Origin: an uncultured Acidobacteriota bacterium
GTDB taxonomy: Bacteria; Acidobacteriota; Thermoanaerobaculia; UBA5066; DATFVB01
DNA length: 64,000 bases
Assembly: GCA_963813155.1 (NCBI GenBank)
Contig: CAWEYG010000002.1
Span: 704,001-768,000 of the forward strand
Reading direction: 5' to 3'
Shown: positions 10,153 through 18,660 of the stretch, in pieces
Position numbering within the stretch: the first letter of the stretch is position 1
How the letters are laid out: every line of letters begins with the position of its first letter
The notes under the pieces: generated by a model
What the model was told of the DNA's origin: nothing
The model's input: only the letters and a program-made list of their open reading frames with translations
Database searches by the model: none
Program-made: the position numbers and the translations under genes

Positions 10153-12832
10153 TCAGCGCGGGCGTTTCGACGGCTCGACTCCGGCAAGGCCTTCGACGAG
10201 AACGAGGCTGTTCAGGAGCTCAAAGCCTCCGAAGACGACTCGTTTCCCGTCGGGGGAAATGCCGAACGTCTCCGTCGGAATCTCCGGATCGAACCCCGCG
10301 AGCTTGCGCCGCGTCGAGGCCGTGTCGCGGTCCGGATCGAATTGCTGGATGTAGATGCCGAGAACCCCGCTTTCGTCGGCGCCCAGGAACGCGAGGGATT
10401 TTCCGTCGGGCATCCAGCGGTCGCGCCCGGCGCCGCCGAATCGATTCTGGAGGCGGGCCCGGAAAGCCGTCGGCTTGCCGTCGGCGAACCGGACGACCTG
10501 GACGTTGACCGGGGCGGTCTGATCGCTCAAAGCCTCTCCGAAGGCCACGTAGCGACCGTCCGGCGAAATTTCTCCCCAGATGAGCGAGCCGGCCACGAGG
10601 CGAGAAGCCTCGCTGCCGTCGACCCGCGTTTTCCAGATTCCCTGCTTCGAGGGGTCGTACGAGACGTAGACGATCCAATTCCCGTCGGGCGAGAAGACGG
10701 GGTTCTCCGCGTCGACGCCGTCCTTCGTCACCTGGCGCGCGCCGCTTCCATCCGCCGCGGCGGTCCAGATCTCGAAATGGCCGCCCCGATTGGAGCTCCA
10801 CGCGAGAGTCTTTCCGTCGCGCGAGAAGCACGGGTCCCAGTCCTGGGCCGCATCGTGCGTGATCGGATGGATCGCGCCCGTCTTCGTCGACATCGACCAG
10901 ATGTCGAGGTTGCCACTGCGGTCCGAGGAGAACGCCATCCAGTCGCCGTCGGGGGAAAAGGAGGGCTGGCGGTCGTTGCTGGTCCCGCGGGTGAGCCAGC
11001 GGGAGCTGCCCGCTTCGCCCGAGGACGGGACCGCGACTTCCCGCAGGTTCGAGCGGCTCGTCCCGGATTCGGCGACGACCGTGCCGGGACCCGAGATCTC
11101 GACCCGGCTGGAAACCCCCGGAATCCAGGCAAGCGTCCGGGCGTCGCGCGAGCCGACCCGCTGGAGGAGAAGACGGGTTGCCGAGACCGCAAAGAAGCCC
11201 ACCGAGCTGTCGGCCTGGCCGTAGACGACTTCGCCACGCCGGCCGGCAAAGCTCGGAATCACGAACAGCCCGCGGTGCCCTGGCGGCTCCATCGTCGACG
11301 GCTTTCCCCCGTCGAGCGGAACGACGTACAGAGACCCCGGGTTGTTGCCGGCCGCCTTGGAGACGGCGACCGACTTTCCGTCCGGGGTGAACCGCGGCGC
11401 GGCGATGATGAAATTCTCCAGACGCGCCAGCTGCTTTTCGCCGTTGCCTTCGGCGTCGACGAGATCGAGATCGACGCCGATCCGGCCGTTCACCGTCCGG
11501 TTGCGGCAGAACGCGATGCGGCGCCCGTCGGGCGACCAGTCGGCTTCGAAAGCGTTGTCGATGATCTTCCTCGGCTCGCCGCCGACGGTCGGAATCTGGT
11601 AGAGGGAGCTGCCGTTCTCGGTCGTACGGATGAAAAGGATCGAGGCGCCGTCGGGAGAAAAGCGAGGGAAGTCGTCCGGGCCGGCGGTGACGGCCGCCTC
11701 CGCTCCCCCGGACAGCTGCTTGAGCCAGATGCGCGGGCGTCCGTCGCGCTCCGAGCAGAACGCGATGGTCCGGCCGTCGGGAGACACCGCGGGCGAATGG
11801 TCCTTCCCCGAGTAGGTCAGGGAGTGGATCGCGGGCGGCTCCGACGGTTTGCCGCGGCCCAACCAGGCTCCGAGAGTCCCGCGACCGCCGCAATCGCCGA
11901 TTGCGGCCGCGATTGCCCTGAACGGCAGGACCACGGCGGCTCGCCGGGAACGGCGTCTTCGACGTCACGGACCGGTCCGAAAGCGTCTCGAGGCTGAACG
12001 CGAGATCGCGCGCCGATTCGAAGCGCTGGTCGGGGGTCTTCTCCAGACAATGCCTCACGATCCGGTCGAGCGCCGGCGAGAGGTTCGGGTTCGACGCGGC
12101 GACGTCCGGCGGATCTTCTTTCAGGATCGCCGTCATCGTCTCGGCGGCCGTATCGCGCTGGAATGCGCGCTTCCCCGTGAGCATCTCGTAGAGCACGGCG
12201 CCGAAGGAGAAGATGTCGGAGCGCGCGTCGACCGGGAGACCTCTGACCTGTTCCGGCGACATGTAGCCGACCGTTCCCATGATCATTCCGGGCTCGGTCG
12301 CCATCGCGAGCGTCGGGGAATTCGTGTCCTCGCGGGATCCCGGGGGGCCTCCCACCTTCGCGAGGCCGAAGTCGAGGATCTTCACGCGGCCGTCGCGAGT
12401 CAGAAAGATGTTGTCCGGCTTCAGGTCGCGGTGGACGATTCCCTTTCCATGCGCCGCGGCCAGGCCCTGGGCGATCGCGAGCGCATACTCCGTCGCGCGC
12501 CGGAGCGCGAGCGCGCCACCCGACAGCCGGTCTCGAAGCGTTTCCCCTTCGAGAAGCTCGGTGACCGCGAAAACGACAGAGCCTTCCTTCCCGAAATCGT
12601 GGATCGCGAGGATGTTCGGATGCGACAGCGCCGCGACGGCACGCGCCTCGCGCTCGAAACGGGCGAGCGCGTCGGCGTCCTCGGCAAGACGCGGGGGAAG
12701 GACCTTGATCGCGACCTCGCGGCCGAGCCGCGCGTCGTTGGCGCGGTACACTTCTCCCATTCCGCCCGCGCCGATCGGCGAGAGGATTTCATAGGGCCCA
12801 AGCCTCGTTCCCGGGTAGAAATCACGAAACAA
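10153..12832 (-). CDS. Ser/Thr protein kinase with TolB-like propellers (frameshifted near 11890-11940)
   Basis: Kinase domain in ORF 10220..12832 ([14 protein letters not shown]) and PD40 propeller in ORF 10153..11934. Architecture is colinear with the intact paralogue 56424..59138. Confidence 0.85.
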
Positions 12833-12886
12833 TTTCCTTCACCGGGCTCATGGAGCGAGGATACATCGCGACGCGCCGGACATCTG

Positions 12887-13270
12887 CTAGCGAACGGAGA
12901 TCGGTGAGAATCCGAACCGCCCATAAATCCCGGCGAGCGCCGCCGAAAAGACCTGCGGCGCGAAGCGCGACTCGAAGACCCGGAGGCCCTCGAGGGCGAG
13001 GCGGCGCCGAAGGCCGGGTTCCCGCAGCACCCGCGCGATTCCCACCGCAAGGGAGCTCGCGTCGCCAGGCGGGACGAGAACAGCGCTCCGGCCGTCCTCC
13101 ACGTCCTCCAGCACTCCGTCGACACCGGAAGCGACCACGGCGACTTTCGCCTGAAGCGCTTCGATCAGCGCGAGCGAGCCGCTCTGTTCCTCGCGCGACG
13201 GCAGAACGAAAACGTCCGCCTCCCTCAGGTGACGCGCGGCATCCGGAACGACTCCCGTGATCTCGCCCGG
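12887..13270 (-). pseudogene. C-terminal fragment of a GT4 (Glycos_transf_1) glycosyltransferase
   Basis: Reads GEITGVVPDAARHLREADVFVLPSREEQSGSLALIEALQAKVAVVASGVDGVLEDVEDG; no N-terminal domain and no clear start. Confidence 0.7.
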
Positions 13271-14710
13271 TCATCCAGCCCGGCGCCTCGGAACCTCGAA
13301 CGCGTAGAGATTGCCGGCCGTGTCGCCGAAAAAGACGCGGCCGTCCGAGATCGCGATGCCGCCGTAGAGGGGCGCTCCCGTGTCGAACTTCCAGAGCGGC
13401 ACTCCGTTGCGGGCGTCGAGGGCGACGCCCGAGGTCCCCGCGGCCGCGAACACGACCCCGTTCGCAACCGAGAGGGGCGCGAGCACCGGGCCGTCCAACA
13501 ACACGAACGACCAGATCGCGGAGCCGGTGGCAGGGTCGAGGGCGGAGATCGACCCCGGGAAACTGGCCGAGCCGATCTGGACGCGCCCGCCGCCCACATA
13601 GAGGCGCTTTCCGTCGAAGGCCGCCGTCGAAATCGTGCCGTCGCCGCATTGCGGGCAATCTCCGCCAACGGCAATCCGAGTCTTCCAGACGGGCCCGGAC
13701 GCGAGATCGTCGCGCCGGAACGCGTAGTAATTCCCGTCTTTCTGTCCGGCGCCGACGAGGAGACGCGCGGCGGCATCGCGAAACAGGGTCGGCGACGAGC
13801 CCCAGTCCGCGTCCGGCACCGAGTTGTAATCGTCCAGCGGAATCTTCCAGAAATCCCGGATTGCCAGATCGCCGAGCGCGAGCCGGACGATCGAGTACGC
13901 GAGCCCGTCGTCGTACGCGTACGCGGACGCGGTCGTGACGAAGAGGACGCCCGAATCCGCGTCGATCGCCGGCGAGGACCAGATTCCCGCGCCGAAACGG
14001 GCGGGATCGGAAGTCTGGGAGAGGTCGGCGGCGAAACGGATGCTTCCTGAAGCGGGGTCCAGGCCCACCACGCGACCGTCGACGAACGGATCGTCGCAAT
14101 GGCTCGAGATCCCCTGATAGACGATGCCGCCGGCCGGCGAGGGAGAGCACCACCCGTAGTAGCCGCCCGCCGGGGAATTGTCCCCGAGCTTCGTCTTCCA
14201 AAGGATCGCGAGCGAGTCCGCGTTCAGCGCGTAGAAGGAGTCGTCGCCACCCGCAAGGTAGAGCGCTCCCCGGTCGAATGCGGGCGCGGACGTAATTCCC
14301 TGGACGGGGGGATCGCAGTTTCCCGGCTGGGTCGTTCCGAGATTCTTCGAGGCGATTGCGCCGCCGGTCGACGCGTCGAGCTCCCACTCGTTGCCCGCCC
14401 AGTCGCCGACGTAAACCCGCCCCGAAACGACCGTGGGCGAAGAAGCGATCGAGCCCGGAAGCGACGCCTTCCACGCGAGGCGCATCGAGGCGACCGAAAC
14501 GGGCGAAATCATCGTCTCGGCATGGGCCTGCCCGGTCATCGCCGCGTCCGCGCAATACTTCGGCCAGTCGTGGTCCGGCGCCTTGCCTTTCATCGAGACG
14601 GCAGGCGGCGAATCCACTGCGCCGATCCGCGGAGGCGAGCTCGCGGCCGAGGCGGGGCGCAGCAGCAGGGCGGTGGCGGCCGCGTTTCGGACGAACGTGG
14701 GAATTCGCAA
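13271..14710 (-). CDS. Secreted PQQ-binding-like beta-propeller protein
   Basis: DWPKY..., LAWK, SSPTVVSGRVYVG, IWSSPAID, DADWGSSPTL and ALDARNGVPLWKF repeats; start (TTG 14710) uncertain. Confidence 0.8.
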   Translation of the reverse strand: MRIPTFVRNAAATALLLRPASAASSPPRIGAVDSPPAVSMKGKAPDHDWPKYCADAAMTGQAHAETMISPVSVASMRLAWKASLPGSIASSPTVVSGRVYVGDWAGNEWELDASTGGAIASKNLGTTQPGNCDPPVQGITSAPAFDRGALYLAGGDDSFYALNADSLAILWKTKLGDNSPAGGYYGWCSPSPAGGIVYQGISSHCDDPFVDGRVVGLDPASGSIRFAADLSQTSDPARFGAGIWSSPAIDADSGVLFVTTASAYAYDDGLAYSIVRLALGDLAIRDFWKIPLDDYNSVPDADWGSSPTLFRDAAARLLVGAGQKDGNYYAFRRDDLASGPVWKTRIAVGGDCPQCGDGTISTAAFDGKRLYVGGGRVQIGSASFPGSISALDPATGSAIWSFVLLDGPVLAPLSVANGVVFAAAGTSGVALDARNGVPLWKFDTGAPLYGGIAISDGRVFFGDTAGNLYAFEVPRRRAG

Positions 14711-14735
14711 GACGCGAAATTGTAACCCTCTCGAT

Positions 14736-14873
14736 CGTCCAAAATTCAGGACGCGCTCCTCCAGGCTTTCGGACAATTCGCGGCGACCGTCCATCGGCGG
14801 GTCGCGCGTTCTCGATTCAAACCAATCACTTCGCGCGCTGAGCTCTGCCGGCTCATGTGGCGCATCGATTGCT
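14736..14873 (+). promoter_or_regulatory. Sigma54 promoter with two upstream GTCC-N8-GGAC-type sites
   Basis: TGGCGCATCGATTGCT at 14858-14873; CGTCCAAAATTCAGGACG at 14736-14753; CCTCCAGGCTTTCGGACA at 14758-14775. Confidence 0.7.
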
Positions 14874-14886
14874 TCGTTCGTCCCGC

Positions 14887-15237
14887 ATGAAAGTTCGAAT
14901 ACTGGTCGTCGAGGACGAAGATTCAACAGACCGTTCGATGAAACGATTTTTTGAATTTCAAGGAATTCGCGTGGACTGCGCCCGCGAGATGGAGGAAGCC
15001 GAAGCGCTTCTCTCCAACTACACATATGAGATCGTCATCAGCGGCGCGCGGCTCACGACGGCCCACGGATCCGAAGGGCTTCGGATTCTCTCTTATGCGC
15101 ACGAGCACTGTCCGTCGACGCGCACGGTCCTGCTGGCGACGCCGGGACACGCTGAGATCGAAGACGAGGCCCGCGGCCGCGGAATCGACATTCTCGAGAA
15201 GAGTCAGATCTTCGGGCTGCCGAGGCTCGCGTCGTGA
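14887..15237 (+). CDS. Stand-alone receiver-domain protein lacking the phosphoacceptor Asp
   Basis: RILVVEDE, then YEIVISG where DLVISD is expected; GLRIL, TVLLAT and LEK motifs. Confidence 0.8.
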   Translation: MKVRILVVEDEDSTDRSMKRFFEFQGIRVDCAREMEEAEALLSNYTYEIVISGARLTTAHGSEGLRILSYAHEHCPSTRTVLLATPGHAEIEDEARGRGIDILEKSQIFGLPRLAS

Positions 15238-16250
15238 ACCCCAGTCTCCTCGACTCGATGCTCGACTCGCGGGCGATCACGACCGTTTTTCAGCCCGTGT
15301 ACGAGATCAACGAATCGACCGACCGAGCTCCCGCCGTGCATTTCGTCGAGTGTCTCTCCCGGGGACCGAAGGGAACGAACATGGAGTCCGCCGGAGTTCT
15401 CTTCGAGTACGCGCGGCGAAAGGGAAAAGAAGCGACGCTCGACAAAATCTGCATCGAAGAAGCCTTTCGAGCGGTCTCCGCTTCGGGATATCGGCCGGCG
15501 ATTTCGGTCAATGTCCACGCCTCGACTCTCGATCGCGACGCCGATTTCCCCCTCTTTCTCGCCAGGCTCGCGGATCGAAGCGGGATCGCGCGGACGGGGA
15601 TCGTCCTCGAGATCGTCGAGCACGGACCCGACGGGAACGGTCCCGGCCTCGATGGCGCCCTCGCGGAGCTCCGACGGCTCGGCGTTCGAATTGCCCTGGA
15701 TGACATCGGTCTCGGCCAGTCGAACTACCGGCGCATCCTCGACTGCCGCCCGGATTACTTCAAGCTCGACCGCTATCTCATTCAGGGCTGTCACGCGGAT
15801 CCCGCGCGAGGCGCGCTTCTCGACTCTCTGGCCCTGCTCGCCCGCCGAATGGGAGCCCGCGTGGTCGCGGAAGGAGTCGAGACTCCCGAAGAACTGTTCG
15901 AGGTCTGCAGTCGCGGAATCGATCTCATTCAAGGATTCCTGCTCGCGCGCCCGACCTCCGCGGAGGGGTTGGGGGCCGTGATCGAAGACTCACTCCGCGC
16001 GAAACCGACGCCCCGCATCGACGAAAGGAGCGTTCCCATGACCGTCGTTCTTCACGTGAACGTGTATTGTCCAAGTCCCGATTGCCCGTTCCGGGGAAGC
16101 GTCGACGCGGAGCGCTTCGTCGCGGGCGGATCGGCCCGGCACTGCCCCGAATGCGGCACGGCGCCCGTTCGGATCGAGATTCCGGGCCGGCCGAGCCCGC
16201 AAAAACTCGGGCACCGGGGCACCCCGGAGCTGCAGATCCGAACGGCCTGA
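15234..16250 (+). CDS. EAL-domain c-di-GMP phosphodiesterase with C-terminal Cys4 zinc-ribbon-like tail
   Basis: FQPV, ECLSR, SVNV, LEIVE, ALDDIGLGQSN, KLD, AEGVET and QGF motifs; tail CPSPDC...CPEC. Confidence 0.88.
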   Translation: MNPSLLDSMLDSRAITTVFQPVYEINESTDRAPAVHFVECLSRGPKGTNMESAGVLFEYARRKGKEATLDKICIEEAFRAVSASGYRPAISVNVHASTLDRDADFPLFLARLADRSGIARTGIVLEIVEHGPDGNGPGLDGALAELRRLGVRIALDDIGLGQSNYRRILDCRPDYFKLDRYLIQGCHADPARGALLDSLALLARRMGARVVAEGVETPEELFEVCSRGIDLIQGFLLARPTSAEGLGAVIEDSLRAKPTPRIDERSVPMTVVLHVNVYCPSPDCPFRGSVDAERFVAGGSARHCPECGTAPVRIEIPGRPSPQKLGHRGTPELQIRTA

Positions 16251-16393
16251 GGTCAACGCAGAGAAGCTCATTTCCCGTCCGGCGATACCGGTCCACGACG
16301 ACAACACCCGAACATTCGGCGATTACCCGATCGCAAAGCGGAATTCCCGCCGCCCCTCGATTGTTGGACGTTCGAAGTTAAGGAGAAAACAAA

Positions 16394-17032
16394 ATGATCG
16401 GACTGTTTTTCGTTTCCGTCATGGCCGTCGTCGCCGCGCCCCCGCCGACCGCGATCCCTTCCCTCTGGGAGATCACCGGCGAGCTCGCGGAGGCGTGCAC
16501 CTGCAAAGTCCCCTGCACCTGCCAGTTCGGACAAGGCCCAACGCCCGGACCCGGCTGCCGGTCGATCATCACGCTGTCGATCGACAAGGGCCGCCGGGGC
16601 GACGTGAAGCTGGACGGCACGAAGCTCGCGCTCGTCTTCGGCGACAAGGGAATCGTCTTCTACATTGATTCCGCGGCTCCCGCGACTCAGCGGGCAGCAC
16701 TGCGGGCCGTCGCCGAGAACATGGCGGCCATCTCGAAATGGAGCTCCGTCGCTTACCGGGAGGCGCCGATCGCCCAGACGATCACGCCGACGGAGACGCG
16801 GGTTGCAGTCGGCGAGGCCGGCTCTTTCGACGCGGAGATGCTTCTCGGCGCGGATGACAAGACTCCCGTCGTCGTCGAGAACCAGGGGGATGTCAACGTC
16901 GGCCGGCTCGAGAAGGGAAAAACCCGTTTGCTGAAGTACAGCGACGCCGCGGGGAATTCGATCGATGCGAAGGACACCAACAGCGACCGCGGCCACTTCG
17001 AGTGGAACGACAGGATGGCGAGGTTCTTCTAG
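16394..17032 (+). CDS. DUF1326-like putative metal-binding protein
   Basis: Strong SD TAAGGAG; signal peptide; WEITGELAEACTCKVPCTC...C motif. Confidence 0.7.
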   Translation: MIGLFFVSVMAVVAAPPPTAIPSLWEITGELAEACTCKVPCTCQFGQGPTPGPGCRSIITLSIDKGRRGDVKLDGTKLALVFGDKGIVFYIDSAAPATQRAALRAVAENMAAISKWSSVAYREAPIAQTITPTETRVAVGEAGSFDAEMLLGADDKTPVVVENQGDVNVGRLEKGKTRLLKYSDAAGNSIDAKDTNSDRGHFEWNDRMARFF

Positions 17033-17059
17033 TCGGGCCTCGCTCCTGTCCTTTTCAAT

Positions 17060-17292
17060 TCATGCTCCCTTGTGCTCCATCACAACGGCCGTGCCATCGG
17101 ACCACTTGCGAACGGGAACCATGAACACCGTGATCGGTTCCGGGCGGCCATGAAACATGGGAAGCTGCAGGACCGGGGAGACTGGCAGGTCTGAACTCCA
17201 ATTCACCGGGTCGACCTTCCCTTCGTAACCGTAAGCTACCCACATCACAACCTTCTCGTTCGCATCGTGCTTGCCCTGAGTCCTCTGCTTGA
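17060..17292 (-). pseudogene. C-terminal remnant paralogous to the 17811..18581 protein
   Basis: WSSDLPVSPV...EPITVFMVPVRKWSDGT aligns with WGANVHGGPV...EPITTFFVIAPKWSDGS; no N-terminal part. Confidence 0.6.
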
Positions 17293-17781
17293 CTACCTCC
17301 GGCGCATGATCTTCGGAAAGAGTGCCGTCAGCCCAACGGTCAAGAACGCGCCGATAGTCAGGACGCCAACGATTGTTCCGACTGCAAAATCTGCTCCGCT
17401 CACAAGGTTATTGCCGAGGCCATATCTGATCACCAGATAGAAGATGACGACATAGAGCGAGCTTGTGAGCAAACCCGGAGAATAAGTGTTGAGGCGGACA
17501 CTCCAATATAAGTGAAACGTGAAAGCATGAGTGACGAACCCGGCGAGGAAGATGAGCGGCAGGATGACCCAATGGCCGCCCAGGGTGTCAAAGAGAGTGT
17601 TCGCTGCCGCGAGCGCCACGAGAAACGCAGTATTGAACCAGAAGAACATCCGCATCCGGTAGGTCGGCCAAAAATTCTTCGCAATCCACGGCACAAATCC
17701 GCCGTTCAGAAGCGTTTCATCGAGGATGTGGACGACGTAGGATGCGAAGAAAGACCAAAAGAGAATATTGAGGAATGGCAT
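17293..17781 (-). CDS. HXXEE-like membrane protein
   Basis: HILDE motif after the first TM, YSPGLLTS motif, about five TM helices; visibly lower GC than flanks. Confidence 0.7.
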   Translation of the reverse strand: MPFLNILFWSFFASYVVHILDETLLNGGFVPWIAKNFWPTYRMRMFFWFNTAFLVALAAANTLFDTLGGHWVILPLIFLAGFVTHAFTFHLYWSVRLNTYSPGLLTSSLYVVIFYLVIRYGLGNNLVSGADFAVGTIVGVLTIGAFLTVGLTALFPKIMRRR

Positions 17782-17810
17782 GACTTGACCCCCTCGAACG
17801 CGATGATCTG

Positions 17811-18581
17811 TCAGCCGTGGCGATGGGTTTCGGGTTTCGCCGTCGTCGCAGCCGGGGTCGGGACGTAGGGACCAATACTCCCGTCGGACCATTTGGGCGC
17901 GATCACGAAGAAGGTCGTGATCGGTTCCACATCGCTCGTGGTCGAGAAGACCGGCCCCCCGTGAACGTTCGCGCCCCACGTCGAGGCCTCGGTCGCTGGC
18001 ACGAAGAACATGACATGGGGATACCAGCGTGGCTCCGCGCCAGGCTCCGGATCGTGGATGTACTGGTCTTTCGACAACATGTAAGCCATGGACCCCGGAG
18101 CGGGTGAGCCGATCTCATGGGCCGCCAGGGCCGCCTTCGTCCGGGCCAGCATCTCGTCTTTGGAGATTCCTGCGAGCACCCATTGGGTGCGCTTCAGATA
18201 GTCGGGGAGAACCGAGGTCGCCGCAGCCGCGTTCCAGCATTGGGGAGTGTGGATCCTGGGGTTCCAGAACTCAGGATTCTCGAAATCGTTCGCCCACGAT
18301 CTTTCCTGGAAACACACGAAGCCATTGCTTCCCTTCACCGCCGTCTCATAGCCGCGGGCGCCGAGCACGAGGATCTCGGCCTTGTCCGAGACCGCCGCGG
18401 GCCCTGCGCTCCGCGCCAGGGCGATCTCGGCATTGCGATCGGCCACGAGGTATTGCTCGACCGGCGCCATGCTCGGATACGGGGTTTGGGGTGCCTGTGC
18501 GCGCGCTGTATGACCTGCGCTCAGCGCGACGACCAGAACGAAGGTCCCCAGGGAAATGAACTGGCTTCTCTTGAGTTTCAT
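17811..18581 (-). CDS. Secreted hypothetical protein
   Basis: SD GAGGA; signal peptide; EIALARSAGP, GSNGFVC and PHVMFF motifs; codon usage consistent with coding. Confidence 0.75.
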   Translation of the reverse strand: MKLKRSQFISLGTFVLVVALSAGHTARAQAPQTPYPSMAPVEQYLVADRNAEIALARSAGPAAVSDKAEILVLGARGYETAVKGSNGFVCFQERSWANDFENPEFWNPRIHTPQCWNAAAATSVLPDYLKRTQWVLAGISKDEMLARTKAALAAHEIGSPAPGSMAYMLSKDQYIHDPEPGAEPRWYPHVMFFVPATEASTWGANVHGGPVFSTTSDVEPITTFFVIAPKWSDGSIGPYVPTPAATTAKPETHRHG

Positions 18582-18603
18582 GATTCCTCTTTCGTCGATC
18601 CAG

Positions 18604-18639
18604 AAAAAATGCCCGCCGGGGCATTATCCCCCGGCGGGC
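18604..18639 (-). terminator. Intrinsic terminator downstream of the TonB receptor gene
   Basis: 11-bp stem GCCCGCCGGGG/CCCCGGCGGGC followed on the minus strand by a T tract. Confidence 0.8.
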
Positions 18640-18660
18640 GAAGTCATTGACCGAGAGATC

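Noticed and set aside
13240-13273. Selenocysteine read-through at the TGA
   Set aside because: No convincing SECIS hairpin, and the position is not a catalytic Cys site.
16250-16393. Possible c-di-GMP-I riboswitch after the EAL gene (contains CGCAAAGC)
   Set aside because: The GGCAAAC/GAAA P2 element and P3 stem are not evident.
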